A DNA stretch of 64,000 nt from Squalus acanthias (Eukaryota): positions 1 through 64,000 of the forward strand of contig JASTWF010000037.1 of NCBI GenBank assembly GCA_030390025.1. The letters are read 5' to 3'. Within the stretch, counting starts at the first letter, position 1; the number at the start of each line of letters is the position of its first letter. Below the pieces are notes generated by a model. The model searched no databases. It was not told the origin of the DNA and saw nothing but the letters and a program-made list of their open reading frames with translations. Shown in pieces: positions 27,482 to 40,975 of this stretch. Made by a program: the position numbers and the translations under genes.

Positions 27482-29989
27482 GTAAAGCACATGTAGAAAA
27501 CGGAGACTCCAACTACACCATGGCACCTGGCCCGGCTTTCAAGGAAGTCTGGCAGGTCAACCTTCGGCCCCGGGGCCTGGGCCAGTCGCGGAACATGAAC
27601 GGCATCTACCGGTTGTGCCTGACAGACAAGACCATCAACCTGGTGAAGCTCAACTCCGAGGCGGCGGCCGTAGTGCTGCAGCTTATGAACATCCGGCGCT
27701 GCGGGCACTCGGAGAACTTCTTCTTCGTGGAGGTGGGCCGCTCGGCCGTCACCGGGCCCGGCGAATTCTGGATGCAGGTGGACGACTCGGTGGTGGCCCA
27801 GAACATGCACGAGACCATCTTGGAGGCCATGAAGGCCATGAGCGAGGAGTTCCGGCTGAGAAGCAAGAGCCAGTCGTCCAGCTCCAACCCCATCTCCGTG
27901 CCCTCCCGGCGCCACCAGCTCGCCAACCCGCCGCCCAGCCAGGTGGGCTTCGCCGCCAGGAGGTGCGGCGCCACCTCGCCCGGCCAGCGCTACAGCTTCG
28001 CCAGGGCGCGGACCTCCAGCGACGGCAGCGGGGCCTCCTCCTCCTCCTCCCGCCCCGCCTCTGCCGACGAGGTGCCGGCCAGCCCCTCCCCCGGGGCGCC
28101 CCACCAGCGCCAGGGGCTGGCCAAGGCCCACCCGCCCCTGGGCCAGACCTGGTCGACCCCCGAGCCCGTGGCTCGCCGCTCGCCCCGCGCCCCCAGCCCG
28201 GCCAGCCCGTCCTCCAGCGGGCACGGCTCGGAGTGCGCCTGCCCGCCGGCCCCCGGCTCGCCCGGCGACCGTGGCTTCTCCTCCCCCTCCCCCTCCTCCT
28301 CCCCCCCGCCCTCCTCGTCCGAAGAGGAGGAGGAGGAGTACGGCTCCAGCCCCGGCACGCCGGACCCCGGCCGCTTCCCGCTGCCCTCGCCGGCCGGCCA
28401 CTGCGACTACATGGCCATGGGCCGGCCGGCGTCGGCGGGGCAGGAGGCCCAGCAACGCCAGCGCCGGCTCCTCAGGCGGGCGTGCAGCCGGGGCGAGGAG
28501 GAGGCAGAGCGCGGCCTGAGCAAGCGGGCCTGGCTGGTCAAGGGGCCGGCCACGGTGCCACCGCCTCGTGGAGGCGGCAAGGGCGAGGGGCGGGCCCCGG
28601 CCACCCCGGACCCCGCCGAGGGCGGGCGGAAGGGGTCGGCGGACAACGGCTACATGGCCATGCTGCCTGGGGTGCTTCCCGCCCAGGACCCGGGGCGGGG
28701 CGGCGACTACATGGCCATGACCCCCAAGAGCGCCTCGGCCCCCCGGCAGATCGCGAAGCCACGGGCCGAGGACCCCCGCGGGGGCGGCGGCTACATGCTC
28801 ATGTCACCCAGCGGCAGCTGCTCGCCCGAAGGCTGGGGCCAGCCCGGCCGCGCCAAGTCGCCGGCGGGGAGCGGGGACTACATGAACATGTCGCCCGCCA
28901 GCCGCTCGGCCTCCAGCACCCCCCCCGACAGCCGTCGCCCCCACCACCCGCCACCCCCCGGAGAGGAGGCCAAGCCGGCCGAGTCCCGGCACCACTGCTA
29001 CCACTCGCTGCCCCGCTCCTACAAGCAGCCGGCCACCTCGGGCCAGCTCTCCTGCTGCTCCTACTCCACCAGCAGCAGCAGCAGCAGCGACAGCCTAGGG
29101 GAGGCCGAGAGCGGCCAGGGGAGCTCGGGGCCCCGGGGCGGCCCGCCTCCCCCCAGGCCGGGGAGAAGAGGAGGGTGCTCGCAGCCGGCCGGGCTCTACC
29201 TCGAGGCAGCCAAGGCCAGCACCCTGCCCCGCCGGCGGGAGAACCCTCTGCCCCCGGAGCCCCAGAGCCCCGGCGAGTACGTCAGCATTGAGTTCCGGGG
29301 CGAGCCGCGTGCCCCTCGTACGCTGCCCAGGCCTGCCTCCTGCGCGGGTGTTCTCCGCTGTCTGCCCGCCGCGGCCACCGAATACGTCAACATGGACTTC
29401 GGCCCGGCCGCCGGCCTCTACAGCGAGGTGCCGGCGGTTCCGCCCCACACCCAGCGGAGGACGTGCGGCCCCGTCCCCGCCGACCGCGCCGAGACGGCCT
29501 ACCGCCCGGGCGCCGCCTCGCCCGAGGGTGCCCGGGACCTTGCCGGCGTGCCGGAGCCGAGCCCCGATCCCCACCGGGGCGCCCGGGTGATCCGCGCCGA
29601 CCCCCAGGGGCGCCGCCGCCACTGCTCCGAGACCTTCCTGCCCCCGTCGCCTGCCCCCCTCCCCGCCGCGCCCTCCACCGACCACACGAGGCGCCGCGGC
29701 TCGGCCTCCTTTGAGAGGGTCTGGCCGAAAGACGATGACACCGGCGGAGGGGGGGAGGGAGCCGCCGAGGAGCCGTGTGCGGGAATGTCGCGGCACATGT
29801 CGATTGGCTTCGAGAACGGCCTGAACTACATTGATTTGGATCTGGGCACGGACAGCGGCTGCACGGAAGGGCCCGCCTCGCAGCTGAGACTTTACGCGCA
29901 AGCGAACGGGAGTGCCGCCTTGAACACTTACGCCAGCATTGACTTTCACAAGTCCGAGGAATTAAGAAGCCATAAAAGTAATAAAGAAG
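27482..29989 (+). CDS. IRS1-like: Insulin receptor substrate family exon: PTB domain plus phosphotyrosine tail (IRS1-like; possibly the IRS3 orthologue)
   Basis: PTB sequence is almost identical to IRS1 ([10 protein letters not shown]...[52 protein letters not shown]). Motifs: YMAM x3, [43 protein letters not shown]. Acceptor ttacAG at 27480-81 and donor GTGAGT at 29990, both phase 1. The exon is CpG-rich. Confidence 0.93.
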
Positions 29990-31324
29990 GTGAGTGGTTT
30001 TAGCACTACTATTTTCACCCACCTGTCTCCATCGATTAATCTCATTAGATTGTCTTCCTGTATCAATTTTGTCCATTACAAATCCCAATGTTTACATTTA
30101 GAATGGGAACTGCCTATGTAAATGTGTCACGCTGTAATGACATCCTCCCACCAGTGGTGGCGCTGCAACATCTCCACCAGTGAGGGCGTGTAATGAAAGT
30201 TACTGTTGAATCTGCTTCCACCGTCCTTTCAGGCAGCGCATTCCAGATCGTAACCGCTCGCTGCGTAAAAGAATTCTCCTCCTGTCACCTCTGGTTCCGT
30301 AGTGCTTGGGGTTAAGGGTCACAACTTAAGAACGGGCTGGAAGCTGATCGGACCGGCTTGGCTACACCGCGTGCTTTACCGTCCTGGTAGGGAACGTTAT
30401 ATTTTGGTTTTTAAATGGTGTGAGTGTTTTTGTAATTAAGAGCCAGTGGGCTCCCCATGGTGTTATTCAGTTAGGATTCCGGGGCACTGTTTCCGGTCTT
30501 TTAGGCGCGGGTGCGGAATCTGCGTGTCGAGCGTGCCTTTCCCTTTAAGGCCACGGGCACGGGTGTTCGCCAGTGCGGAAGCGGTCGAAACGGGCGCATC
30601 CCAAGGTCAATTAGAGCCCAGTCGTGGAGGGAAGTGTCTTGGGGAGAGGCGGGTTTATGGTTGCATACCGTGACACGACTATTCCCGGCCAGAATGGAGA
30701 TGATTGGGTAATTTCCCCCCGTCAGTCACTGCTGTAAGTGACTGGGATTGACTTTATGCACGGAATTTGTATTGTGTAACTATCCTCCACTCACTGCATT
30801 TTGCTGGAGAAATAATCCTGCTTTTATCGGGAGACTTTGCTGTAGTTTCGTTCATGAGTTCAGTTTGCTGTCGTTTGTAGAAATTTTTTTTTTAAATAGA
30901 CTCTGTGGACTGTTTGCTGCAGTGCGCTGTTTAATTAGACTCTGTAGACTGTCTGCTGTGAAATAGACTGTTTGCTGCGAGTCCTGCAGTAAGCCCCGCC
31001 CCGCCTCCAGCTCATTGCCTGACACAGTGGTGGCAGTGGACAATCTGCTGGTTTAGTAAGGTCAGAGGAACCAGCAGGAAATGACTGGCTTTCTTGCGTG
31101 TTGTTTTATATCTGTACGTTTTGACGTGTGACATTTGAAATGTGACCAGCGCACGGGGACACAAATCTTCATTGGGAAGATGCAGTGATGAAAGACGCTC
31201 AGGGCTTCACTTCCCCTTGAAGTAAAACTAACTTGAGTTAATCAGGTGGCCTAAATCGCCGCGGCACGCCATCATTACTTCACGGAGCAGTGACATCAGT
31301 TTCCGCACTGATTGAATAAGAAAG

Positions 31325-31680
31325 AAAGGACTTGCATTTCTATAGCGCCTTTCGAGTCCACAGAACGTCCCAAAGCACTTTGCAGCCAGTGAAGTACTTT
31401 TGAAGCGCAGTCGCTCTTGCTGCGTGACAGCCAATCTGCGCACAGCAAGATCCCACAAACAGCAACGAGATGAACGACCAGATAATCTGTGTTTTTTTTT
31501 AATGATGTTAGTTGAGGAATAAATATTGGCCCCAGGACCAACTCCCCCGCTCTTCTTAAATAGTGGCCGTGGGATCTTTTACAACCACCTGCGAGGACAG
31601 ACGGGGGCCCTCGGTTTAACGTCTCATCCCGAAAGATGGCACCCCTGACAGTGCAGTGATCCCTAAGTACTGGCGCTGAA
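31325..31680 (-). mobile_element. tRNA-derived SINE (DeuSINE-like), partial
   Basis: Same body and tail as the other SINE copies. Confidence 0.7.
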
Positions 31681-31829
31681 TGGTGTTTTAATGTAGTATA
31701 GCCTCCGAATTTACACACAGTTCTCACGGGTCACTCCGAAAAAAGGGGTATTTTTTTTTTGATTATGCCTTTGTGAAGCACCTTGCGACATTTTCTTTCT
31801 ACATTAAGGGAGCTATTTTTTTTTAATTC

Positions 31830-32982
31830 ACTTATGGGATGTGGGTGTCGCTGGCAAGGCCAGCATTTATTGCCCATTCCTAATTGCCCTCGAGTAGGAG
31901 GTGATGAGCTGCCATCTTGAACCGCTGCAGTCTGTGTGGTGAAGGTACTCCCACAGTGCTGTTAGGGAGGGAGTTCCAGGATTTTGACTTGGAGGGGAAC
32001 TTGGAGTTGGTGGTGTTCCCATCTGCCTGCTGCCCTTGTCCTAGGTGGAAGAGGTCACAGGTTTGGGAGGTGCTGCCGAAGAAGTCTTGGCGAGTTGCTG
32101 CAGTGCATCTTGTAGATGGTGCACACTGCAGCCACGGTGCGCCGGTGGTGGAGGGAGTGAATGTTTAAGGTGGTGGATGGGGTGCCAATCAAGCGGGCTG
32201 CTTTGTCCTGGATGGTGTCGAGCTTCTTGAGTGTTGTTGGAGCTGCACTCATCCAGGCAAGTGGAGAGTATTCTATCACATTCCTGACTTGTGCCTTGTG
32301 GATGGTGGAAAGGCTTTGGGGAGTCAGGAGGTGAGTTACTTGGCGCAGAATACCCAGCCTCTGACCTGCTCTTGTTGCCACAGTATTTATGTGGCTGGTC
32401 CAGTTAAGTTTCTGGTCAATGGTGACCCCCAAGGATGTTGATGGTGGGGGATTCGGCGATGGTAATGCCATTGAATGTCAAGGGGCGGTGGTTAGACTCT
32501 CGCTTGTTGGAGATAGTCATTGCCTGGCACTTCTGTGGCGTGAATATTACCTGCCACTTATCAGCCCAAGCCTGAATGTCGTCCAGGTCTTGTTGCATGC
32601 GGGCATGGACTGCTTCTGAGGAGTTGTGAATGGCACTGAACACTGTGCAGTCATCAGCGAACATCCCCATTTCTGACCTTATGTTGGAGGGAAGATCATT
32701 GATGAGGCAGCTGAAGATGGTTGGGCCTCGGACACTGCCCTGAGGAACTCCTGCAGCGATATCCTGGGGCTGTGATGATTGACCTTCAATCACCGCAACC
32801 ATCTTCCTTTGTGCAGGGTATGACTCCAGCAAGTGGAGCGTTTTCCCCCCGATTCCCAATGACTTCAGTTTTACTCAGGCTCCTTGATGCCACACACGGT
32901 CAAATGCTGCCTTGATGTCAAGGGCAGTCACTCTCACCTCACCTCTGGAATTCAGCTCCTTTGTCCATGTTTGGACCAAGGC
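31830..32982 (-). mobile_element. Non-LTR retrotransposon (CR1/L2 group) RT and 3' fragment, frameshifted
   Basis: GVPQGSV.GP, FADD, LGVTIDQKLNW motifs across broken ORFs. Confidence 0.9.
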
Positions 32983-33084
32983 TGGTTGTTGTTGTTGTAC
33001 TTCCCGCACCATGCTGATGATCCAGGAGCCTCTGTTTTTACATTAACTGCCCCACATGCTTTGATTAAACCGGGAGCAGAGTGA

Positions 33085-36000
33085 CTCTCTGTGCGTGCGT
33101 GTGTGTGCGCGCGTCTACGTGTGTGCGTGTCTGTGTCTGCCTGTGTATCTATCTGTATGAGTGTCTGTACCTGCCTGTGTATCTATCTGTACGTGTGTCT
33201 GTGCCTGCCTGTGTATCTATCTGTATGAGTGTCTGTGTCTGTCTGTGTATCTATCTGTATGAGTGTCTGTGCCTGCCTGTGTATCTATCTGTATGAGTGT
33301 CTGTGCCTGCCTGTGTATCTATCTGTATGAGTGTCTGTGCCTGCCAGTGTATCTATCTGTATGAGTGTCTGTGTCTGCCTGTGTATCTATCTGTATGAGT
33401 GTCTGTACCTGCCTGTGTATCTATCTGTACGTGTGTCTGTGCCTGCCTGTGTATCTATCTGTATGAGTGTCTGTGCCTGCCTGTGTATCTATCTGTATGA
33501 GTGTCTGTGCCTGCCAGTGTATCTATCTGTATGAGTGTCTGTGCCTGCCCGTGTATCTATCTGTATGAGTGTCTGTGCCTGCCTGTGTATCTATCTGTAT
33601 GAGTGTCTGTGCCTGCCTGTGTATCTATCTGTATGAGTGTCTGTGCCTGCCAGTGTATCTATCTGTATGAGTGTCTGTGCCTGCCAGTGTATCTATCTGT
33701 ATGTGTGTCTGTGTCTGCCCGTGTATCTATCTGTATGAGTGTCTGTGTCTGCCTGTGTATCTATCTGTATGTGTGTCTGTACCTGCCAGTGTATCTATCT
33801 GTATGAGTGTCTGTGCCTGCCTGTGTATCTATCTGTATGAGTGTCTGTGCCTGCCTGTGTATCTATCTGTATGAGTGTCTGTGCCTGCCTGTGTATCTAT
33901 CTGTATGAGTGTCTGTGCCTGCCTGTGTATCTATCTGTATGAGTGTCTGTGCCTGCCTGTGTATCTATCTGTATGTGTGTCTGTGTCTGCCAGTGTATCT
34001 ATCTGTATGAGTGTCTGTGCCTGCCTGTGTATCTATCTGTATGAGTGTCTGTGCCTGCCTGTGTATCTATCTGTATGAGTGTCTGTGCCTGCCTGTGTAT
34101 CTATCTGTATGACTGTCTGTGCCTGCCTGTGTATCTATCTGTATGAGTGTCTGTGCCTGCCTGTGTATCTATCTGTATGTGTGTCTGTGTCTGCCAGTGT
34201 ATCTATCTGTATGAGTGTCTGTGTCTGCCTGTGTATCTATCTGTATGAGTGTCTGTCTGCCAGTGTATCTATCTGTATGAGTGTCTGTGTCTGCCTGTGT
34301 ATCTATCTGTATGAGTGTCTGTACCTGCCTGTGTATCTATCTGTACGTGTGTCTGTGCCTGCCTGTGTATCTATCTGTATGAGTGTCTGTGTCTGTCTGT
34401 GTATCTATCTGTATGAGTGTCTGTGCCTGCCTGTGTATCTATCTGTATGAGTGTCTGTGCCTGCCTGTGTATCTATCTGTATGAGTGTCTGTGCCTGCCA
34501 GTGTATCTATCTGTATGAGTGTCTGTGCCTGCCCGTGTATCTATCTGTATGAGTGTCTGTGCCTGCCTGTGTATCTATCTGTATGAGTGTCTGTGCCTGC
34601 CTGTGTATCTATCTGTATGAGTGTCTGTGCCTGCCAGTGTATCTATCTGTATGAGTGTCTGTGCCTGCCAGTGTATCTATCTGTATGTGTGTCTGTGTCT
34701 GCCCGTGTATCTATCTGTATGAGTGTCTGTGTCTGCCTGTGTATCTATCTGTATGTGTGTCTGTACCTGCCAGTGTATCTATCTGTATGAGTGTCTGTGC
34801 CTGCCTGTGTATCTATCTGTATGAGTGTCTGTGCCTGCCTGTGTATCTATCTGTATGAGTGTCTGTGCCTGCCTGTGTATCTATCTGTATGAGTGTCTGT
34901 GCCTGCCTGTGTATCTATCTGTATGAGTGTCTGTGCCTGCCTGTGTATCTATCTGTATGTGTGTCTGTGTCTGCCAGTGTATCTATCTGTATGAGTGTCT
35001 GTGCCTGCCTGTGTATCTATCTGTATGAGTGTCTGTGCCTGCCTGTGTATCTATCTGTATGAGTGTCTGTGCCTGCCTGTGTATCTATCTGTATGAGTGT
35101 CTGTGCCTGCCTGTGTATCTATCTGTATGAGTGTCTGTGCCTGCCTGTGTATCTATCTGTATGTGTGTCTGTGTCTGCCAGTGTATCTATCTGTATGAGT
35201 GTCTGTGCCCGCCTGTGTATCTATCTGTATGAGTGTCTGTGCCTGCCAGTGCATCTATCTGTATGAGTGTCTGTGTCTGTCTGTGTATCTATCTGTATGA
35301 GTGTCTGTCTGCCAGTGTATCTATCTGTATGAGTGTCTGTGCCTGCCTGTGTATCTATCTGTATGAGTGTCTGTCTACCAGTGTATCTATCTGTATGAGT
35401 GTCTGTGCCTGCCTGTGTATCTATCTGTATGAGTGTCTGTCTGCCAGTGTATCTATCTGTATGAGTGTCTGTGCCTGCCAGTGCATCTATCTGTATGAGT
35501 GTCTGTCTGCCAGTGTATCTATCTGTATGAGTGTCTGTGCCTGCCTGTGTATCTATCTGTATGAGTGTCTGTGCCTGCCTGTGTATCTATCTGTATGTGT
35601 GTCTGTGTCTGCCAGTGTATCTATCTGTATGAGTGTCTGTGCCTGCCTGTGTATCTATCTGTATGAGTGTCTGTGCCTGCCAGTGCATCTATCTGTATGA
35701 GTGTCTGTGTCTGTCTGTGTATCTATCTGTATGAGTGTCTGTCTGCCAGTGTATCTATCTGTATGAGTGTCTGTGCCTGCCTGTGTATCTATCTGTATGA
35801 GTGTCTGTCTGCCAGTGTATCTATCTGTATGAGTGTCTGTGCCTGCCTGTGTATCTATCTGTATGAGTGTCTGTCTGCCAGTGTATCTATCTGTATGAGT
35901 GTCTGTGCCTGCCAGTGCATCTATCTGTATGAGTGTCTGTCTGCCAGTGTATCTATCTGTATGAGTGTCTGTCTGCCAGTGTATCTATCTGTATGAGTGT

Positions 36001-36480
36001 CTGTCTGCCAGTGTATCTATCTGTATGAGTGTCTGTGCCTGCCTGTGTATCTATCTGTATGAGTGTCTGTCTGCCAGTGTATCTATCTGTATGAGTGTCT
36101 GTCTGCCAGTGTATCTATCTGTATGAGTGTCTGTGTCTGCCTGTGTATCTATCTGTATGAGTGTCTGTGCCTGCCTGTGTATCTATCTGTATGAGTGTCT
36201 GTGCCTGCCTGTGTATCTATCTGTATGAGTGTCTGTGTCTGCCAGTGTATCTATCTGTATGAGTGTCTGTGTCTGTCTGTGTATCTATCTGTATGAGTGT
36301 CTGTGCCTGCCTGTGTATCTATCTGTATGAGTGTCTGTCTGCCAGTGTATCTATCTGTATGAGTGTCTGTGTCTGTCTGTGTATCTATCTGTATGAGTGT
36401 CTGTGCCTGCCTGTGTATCTATCTGTATGAGTGTCTGTATCTACCTGTATGTGTGTCTGTGCCTGCCAGTGTGTGTGAGC
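33085..36480. repeat. Minisatellite, 34-bp unit GTGTCTGTGCCTGCCTGTGTATCTATCTGTATGA (~100 copies, 30-bp variants)
   Basis: Visible tandem array. Confidence 0.97.
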
Positions 36481-36790
36481 GAGAGAATGTCTGACGTGGA
36501 TAGGGTTGGGCCTGTGCGATATGCCGTTGCAGTCGAATATCCTCACTGTCTACCTGTGGGAAATCCCTGGTTTGGGAGAGGTGCAGGAGGGCCTGTGGCA
36601 CCTGCGGAACCCACTCCCCCAGCTAGCGCCAGCACTTTGGACAGGGGAGGGCCAGGAGACCGTGAAGGAGCCGCGTTCAGCGGGTGAACAGTGGAGAAGG
36701 GGTTAACTTCGCCTTCCCACCGGCGAGGTGCAGAGCCTCAATTACTCCGTGTCCTTCACGGCTTTTTTTTTCTTTCTCTTCACTTCCCAG

Positions 36791-36819
36791 AAGAGAAAAC
36801 TGCGAGATTCATGAAGTAG
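36791..36819 (+). CDS. Candidate terminal coding exon of the IRS gene (E-EKTARFMK*)
   Basis: Strong polypyrimidine tract plus CAG acceptor at 36788-90, a short phase-1 frame to TAG, and AATAAA at 36892-36897. No homology support. Confidence 0.4.
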
Positions 36820-37167
36820 CTGTTAATGTGAGCGAGTGAAGCAGATTCATCGCAGCCCGTGTCAGTCAGTGCTCTGAACATATTTCCAGTAAATAAAGAG
36901 TCGTGACTCGGTGAAAGCACAATGACACACGGCGACTGAGAGAAATTAGTACGGGGCATGACAATCATTAAGCACTGGTGGCGGGGTGGGGCAGGGGGAG
37001 AGACTCTGCCTTTAATTCACACTGCACAGCCCACACTCAGCACTTGGACACCAGGGCGTTATGTTTTTTGTATCTGCCTTCGTTGCCAGCCCGCGGCTCA
37101 GTGGGTCGCACTCTCTCGTCTCTGAGTCAGAAGGTCGTGGGTCCGAGCCCCCAATCCAGTGACTTGA

Positions 37168-37407
37168 GCGCTGGGGGGAGAGGGGTTACTGAGTGACAGT
37201 GTGAGGGAGCTGGATTAACATCAGTAGAGATACAGTCAGTAACACAGGGCGCTGGGGGAGAGGGGTTACTGAGTGACAGTGTGAGGGAGCTGGATTAACA
37301 TCAGTAGAGATACAGTCAGTAACACAGGGCGCTGGGGGAGAGGGGTTACTGAGTGACAGTGTGAGGGAGCTGGATTAACATCAGTAGAGATACAGTCAGT
37401 AACACAG
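37168..37407. repeat. Three copies of an 80-bp tandem unit
   Basis: AGGGGTTACT recurs at 37181, 37261 and 37341. Confidence 0.9.
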
Positions 37408-38394
37408 TGGGTAGTTTAACAATTTAGTAATTTGAACTGTGTGTGTTGAACTATGGAACACCCAGTTTTGCAAGAGGTTAAGCAACAGATTCAGTTACCG
37501 GACGAAAGCTCTTTGACACCAACCTTTCTAGTCCCAGTTTCAAGTGAAAGCTGAGAGCCCCACTTGCCCGATATCCCTAATAATGCTCAGTCCAGGGCGA
37601 GCAAAATAACGATCTGGGAGTACTAACTCGCTGGCTTGTCACCTCATGGATTTGGAGAGCGCCCCCCCCCCTCCACCACCCTTCTATCCGCAGATACAGC
37701 TGAGGATCTTCTGCAGATACTTGCTGGCCAAACTCTCTGCCACACCCCAGCTCCCACCCAACACTGTAACCTCGCAACGGAGCACGCGGCTGGATATAAA
37801 TATGGGACGATCGGTAGAGGGTCATATTGGGTTTGTGGCAAAGGAATTAGAGCGGATTCGTTTTTTATTTCAACCCCCCCGCCACACACTCGAGTCGGGT
37901 TGCACTCCGCGGAGCTGGGTACTTCCGGTATCGAACCCAAGTAGCCACTGGTAACGTGAGCCGTCTCGATTGCGTGTTCGACTGAAGCTAGCACAGGCTG
38001 TGCACTGCAGTAAGTGGACTTGCTGCCCTGGCTGAGTTAGGGGGGGTGGGCGGTCTGGCTATCCCTGAAGTGGCGATAAGATCCAGTGTGCACATCTTTG
38101 TACCTCAGACTGTGCAATCATTCATCCAAACACTCAGCCCAACTGCAAACAGTAGAAAACACAGGGCAGCCAAACACACACTGTACACAGACGAGATAAG
38201 AGCTTTTATAGTTCTGTCTCCAGGTAAGATTAGCTGTGATTAGCTGCAGTTTAGTCAGCCCGGTATTAAAACCAGCTGATCAGGGACTAAGTGTATGCTG
38301 AGAGCCCTAATTATATCAACCAATTATAGACTTGTAGAGCCATTCGGCCCATCGAATCTGCTGGCTCCTTCGCAGAGCAAGCCAGTTTTTTTTT

Positions 38395-40622
38395 AATATT
38401 CTTCATGGGATCTGGGCGTCGCTGGCAAGGCCAGCATTTATTGCCCATCCCTAATTGCCCTTGAGAAGGTGGTGATGAGCCGCCTTCTTGAACCACTGCA
38501 GTCCGTGTGGTGAAGGTACTCCCACAGTGCTGTTAGGGAGGGAGTTCCAGGATTTTGACCCAGCGACGATGAAGGATCGGCCGATATACTTCTAAGTCAG
38601 GATGGTGTGTGACTTGGAGGGGAACTTGGAGGTGGTGGTGTTCCCATGCGCCTGCTGCCCTTGTCCTTCCAGGTGGAAGAGGTGTCAAGTTTGGGAGGCG
38701 CTGCCGAAGAATCCTTGGCGAGTTGCTGCAGTGCATCTTGTAGATGGTGCACACTGCAGCCACGGTGCGCCGGTGGTGGAGAGAGTGGATGTTTAAGGTG
38801 GTGGATGGGGTGCCGATCAAGCGGGCTGCTTTGTCTTGGATGGTGTCGAGCTTCTTGAGTTGTTGGAGCTGCACTCATCCAGGCAAGTGGAAAGTATTCC
38901 ATCACACTCCTGACTTGTGCCTTGTAGATAGGGGAGTCAGGAGGTGAGACACTCACCGCAGAATACCCAGCCTCTGACCTGCTCTTGTAGCCACCATATT
39001 TATGTGGCTGGTCCAGTTAAGTTTCTGGTCAATGGTGACCCCCAGAATCTTGATGGTGGGGGGATTCGGCGATGGTAATGCCATTGAATGTCAAGGGGAG
39101 GTGGTTAGACGCTCGCTTGTTGGAGATATTCGTTGCCTGGCACTTCTGTGGCGTGAATGTTACTTGCCACTTATCAGCCCAAGCCTGAACGTCGTCCAGG
39201 TCTAGCTGCATGCGGGCATGGACTGCTTCATTATCTGAGGAGTTGCGAATGGCGCTGAACACTGTGCAGTCATCAGCGAACATCCCCACTTCTGACCTTA
39301 TGATGGAGGGAAGGTAATTGATGAAGCAGCTGAAGATGGTTGGGCCTAGGACACTGCCCTGAGGAACTCCTGCAGCAGTGTCCTGGGGCTGTGATGATTG
39401 ACCTCCAACCACCACAACCATCTTCCTTTGTGCTGGGTATGACTCCAGCCAGTGGAGAGTTTTCCCCCCAATTCCCATTGACTTCAGTTTTACTAGGGCT
39501 CCTTGATGCCACACTCAGTCAAATGCTGCCTTGATGTCAAGGGCAGTCACTCTCACCTCACCTCTGGAATTCAGCTCTTTTGTCCATGTTTGAACCAAGG
39601 CTGTAATGAGGTCTGGAGCCGAGTGGTCCTGGCAGCACCCAAACTGAGCATCAGTGAGCATGTTATTAGTGAGTAAGTGCCGCTTGATAGCACTGTCGAC
39701 GATACCTTCCATCACTTTTCTGATTGAGAGTAGACTGATGGGGTAGTAATTGGCCGGATTGGATTTGTCCTGCTTTTTGTAGACTGGACATACCTGGGCA
39801 GTTTTCCACATTGTCGGATCGATGCCAGTGTTGTAGCTGTACTGGAACAGCTTGGCTAGAGGCGCGGCAGGTTCTGGAGCACAAGTCTTCAGCATGACAG
39901 CCAGGATGCTGTCGGGGTCCACAGCCTTTTCTGTATCCAGTGCGCTCGGCCGTTTCTTGATATTACGTGGAGTGAATCGAATTGGCTGAAGACTGGCTTC
40001 TGTGGTGGTGGGGACCTCAGGAGGAGGCCTATATGGATCATCCACTCGGCAATTCTGGCTGAAGATGGTTGCAAACGCTTCAGCCTTGTCTTTTGCACTC
40101 GCATGCTGGGCTCCACCATCATTAAGGATGAGGATATTGATGGAGCCTCCTCCTCCCATTAGTTGTTTTATTGCCCACCGCCATTCACGACTGGATGTGG
40201 CAGGACTGCAGAGCTTTGATCTGATCCGTTGATTGTGGGATCGCTTAGCCCTGTCTATAGCATGCTGCTTCCGCTTTTTAGCATGCATGTAGTCCTGTGT
40301 TGCAGCTTCCCCAGGTTGGAACTCATTTTTAGGTACGCCTGGTGCTGCTCCTGGCATGCTCTTCACAAACATTATTGAACCAGGGTTGGTCCCCTGGCTT
40401 GATGGTAAGGGTAGAGTGAGGGATATGCCGGGCCATGAGGTTACAGATTGTGGTCGAATACAATTCTGCTGCTGCTGCTGATGGCCCACAGCACTTCATG
40501 GATGCCCAGTTTTGAGCTGCCAGATCTGTTCTGAATCTATCCCGTTTAGCACGGTGGTAGTGCCACACAACACGATGGAGGGTGTCCTCAGTGTGAAGAC
40601 GGGACTTTGTCTCCACAAGGAC
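38395..40622 (-). mobile_element. Longer copy of the same non-LTR retrotransposon (ORF2 RT region, several stops and frameshifts)
   Basis: PISLLS, LDIKAAFD, GVPQGSVLGP, FADD; highly similar to 31830-32982. Confidence 0.92.
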
Positions 40623-40727
40623 TGTTCGTCCCACTCCCCCGCTCTTTCCCCATAGCCTTGCAATTTTTTCTCCTTCAAGTAATGATGCCACAGGAGTGAA
40701 TGGGAAGGGGTTTAGTCCATTGTAGCG

Positions 40728-40975
40728 TCAGCCGTGGCTCAGTGGGTCGCACGCTCTCGCCTCTTGAGTCAGAAGCTCATAGGTTTGAGCCCCACTCCAG
40801 AGACTTGAGCACAAAATCCAGGCCGACACTCCCGGTGCAGTGCTGAGGGAGCGCCGCACTGTCGGGAGGTGCCGTCTTTCGGTTGAGATGTTAAACCGAG
40901 AGACCCCAGACGTAAAAGATCCCAAAAGCCACTATTTCGAAGAAGAGCAAGGGAGTTCTCCCCCGGTGTCCTGCC
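40728..40975 (+). mobile_element. tRNA-derived SINE 5' half
   Basis: A-box-like TGGCTCAGTGG and B-box-like GGTTTGAGCCC. Confidence 0.7.

Noticed and set aside
27421..30088. Long alternative-frame and antisense ORFs over the IRS exon
   Set aside because: Expected from very high GC content; no recognisable domains.
33081..36687. Cys-rich repeated ORFs
   Set aside because: Minisatellite translations with regular stops.
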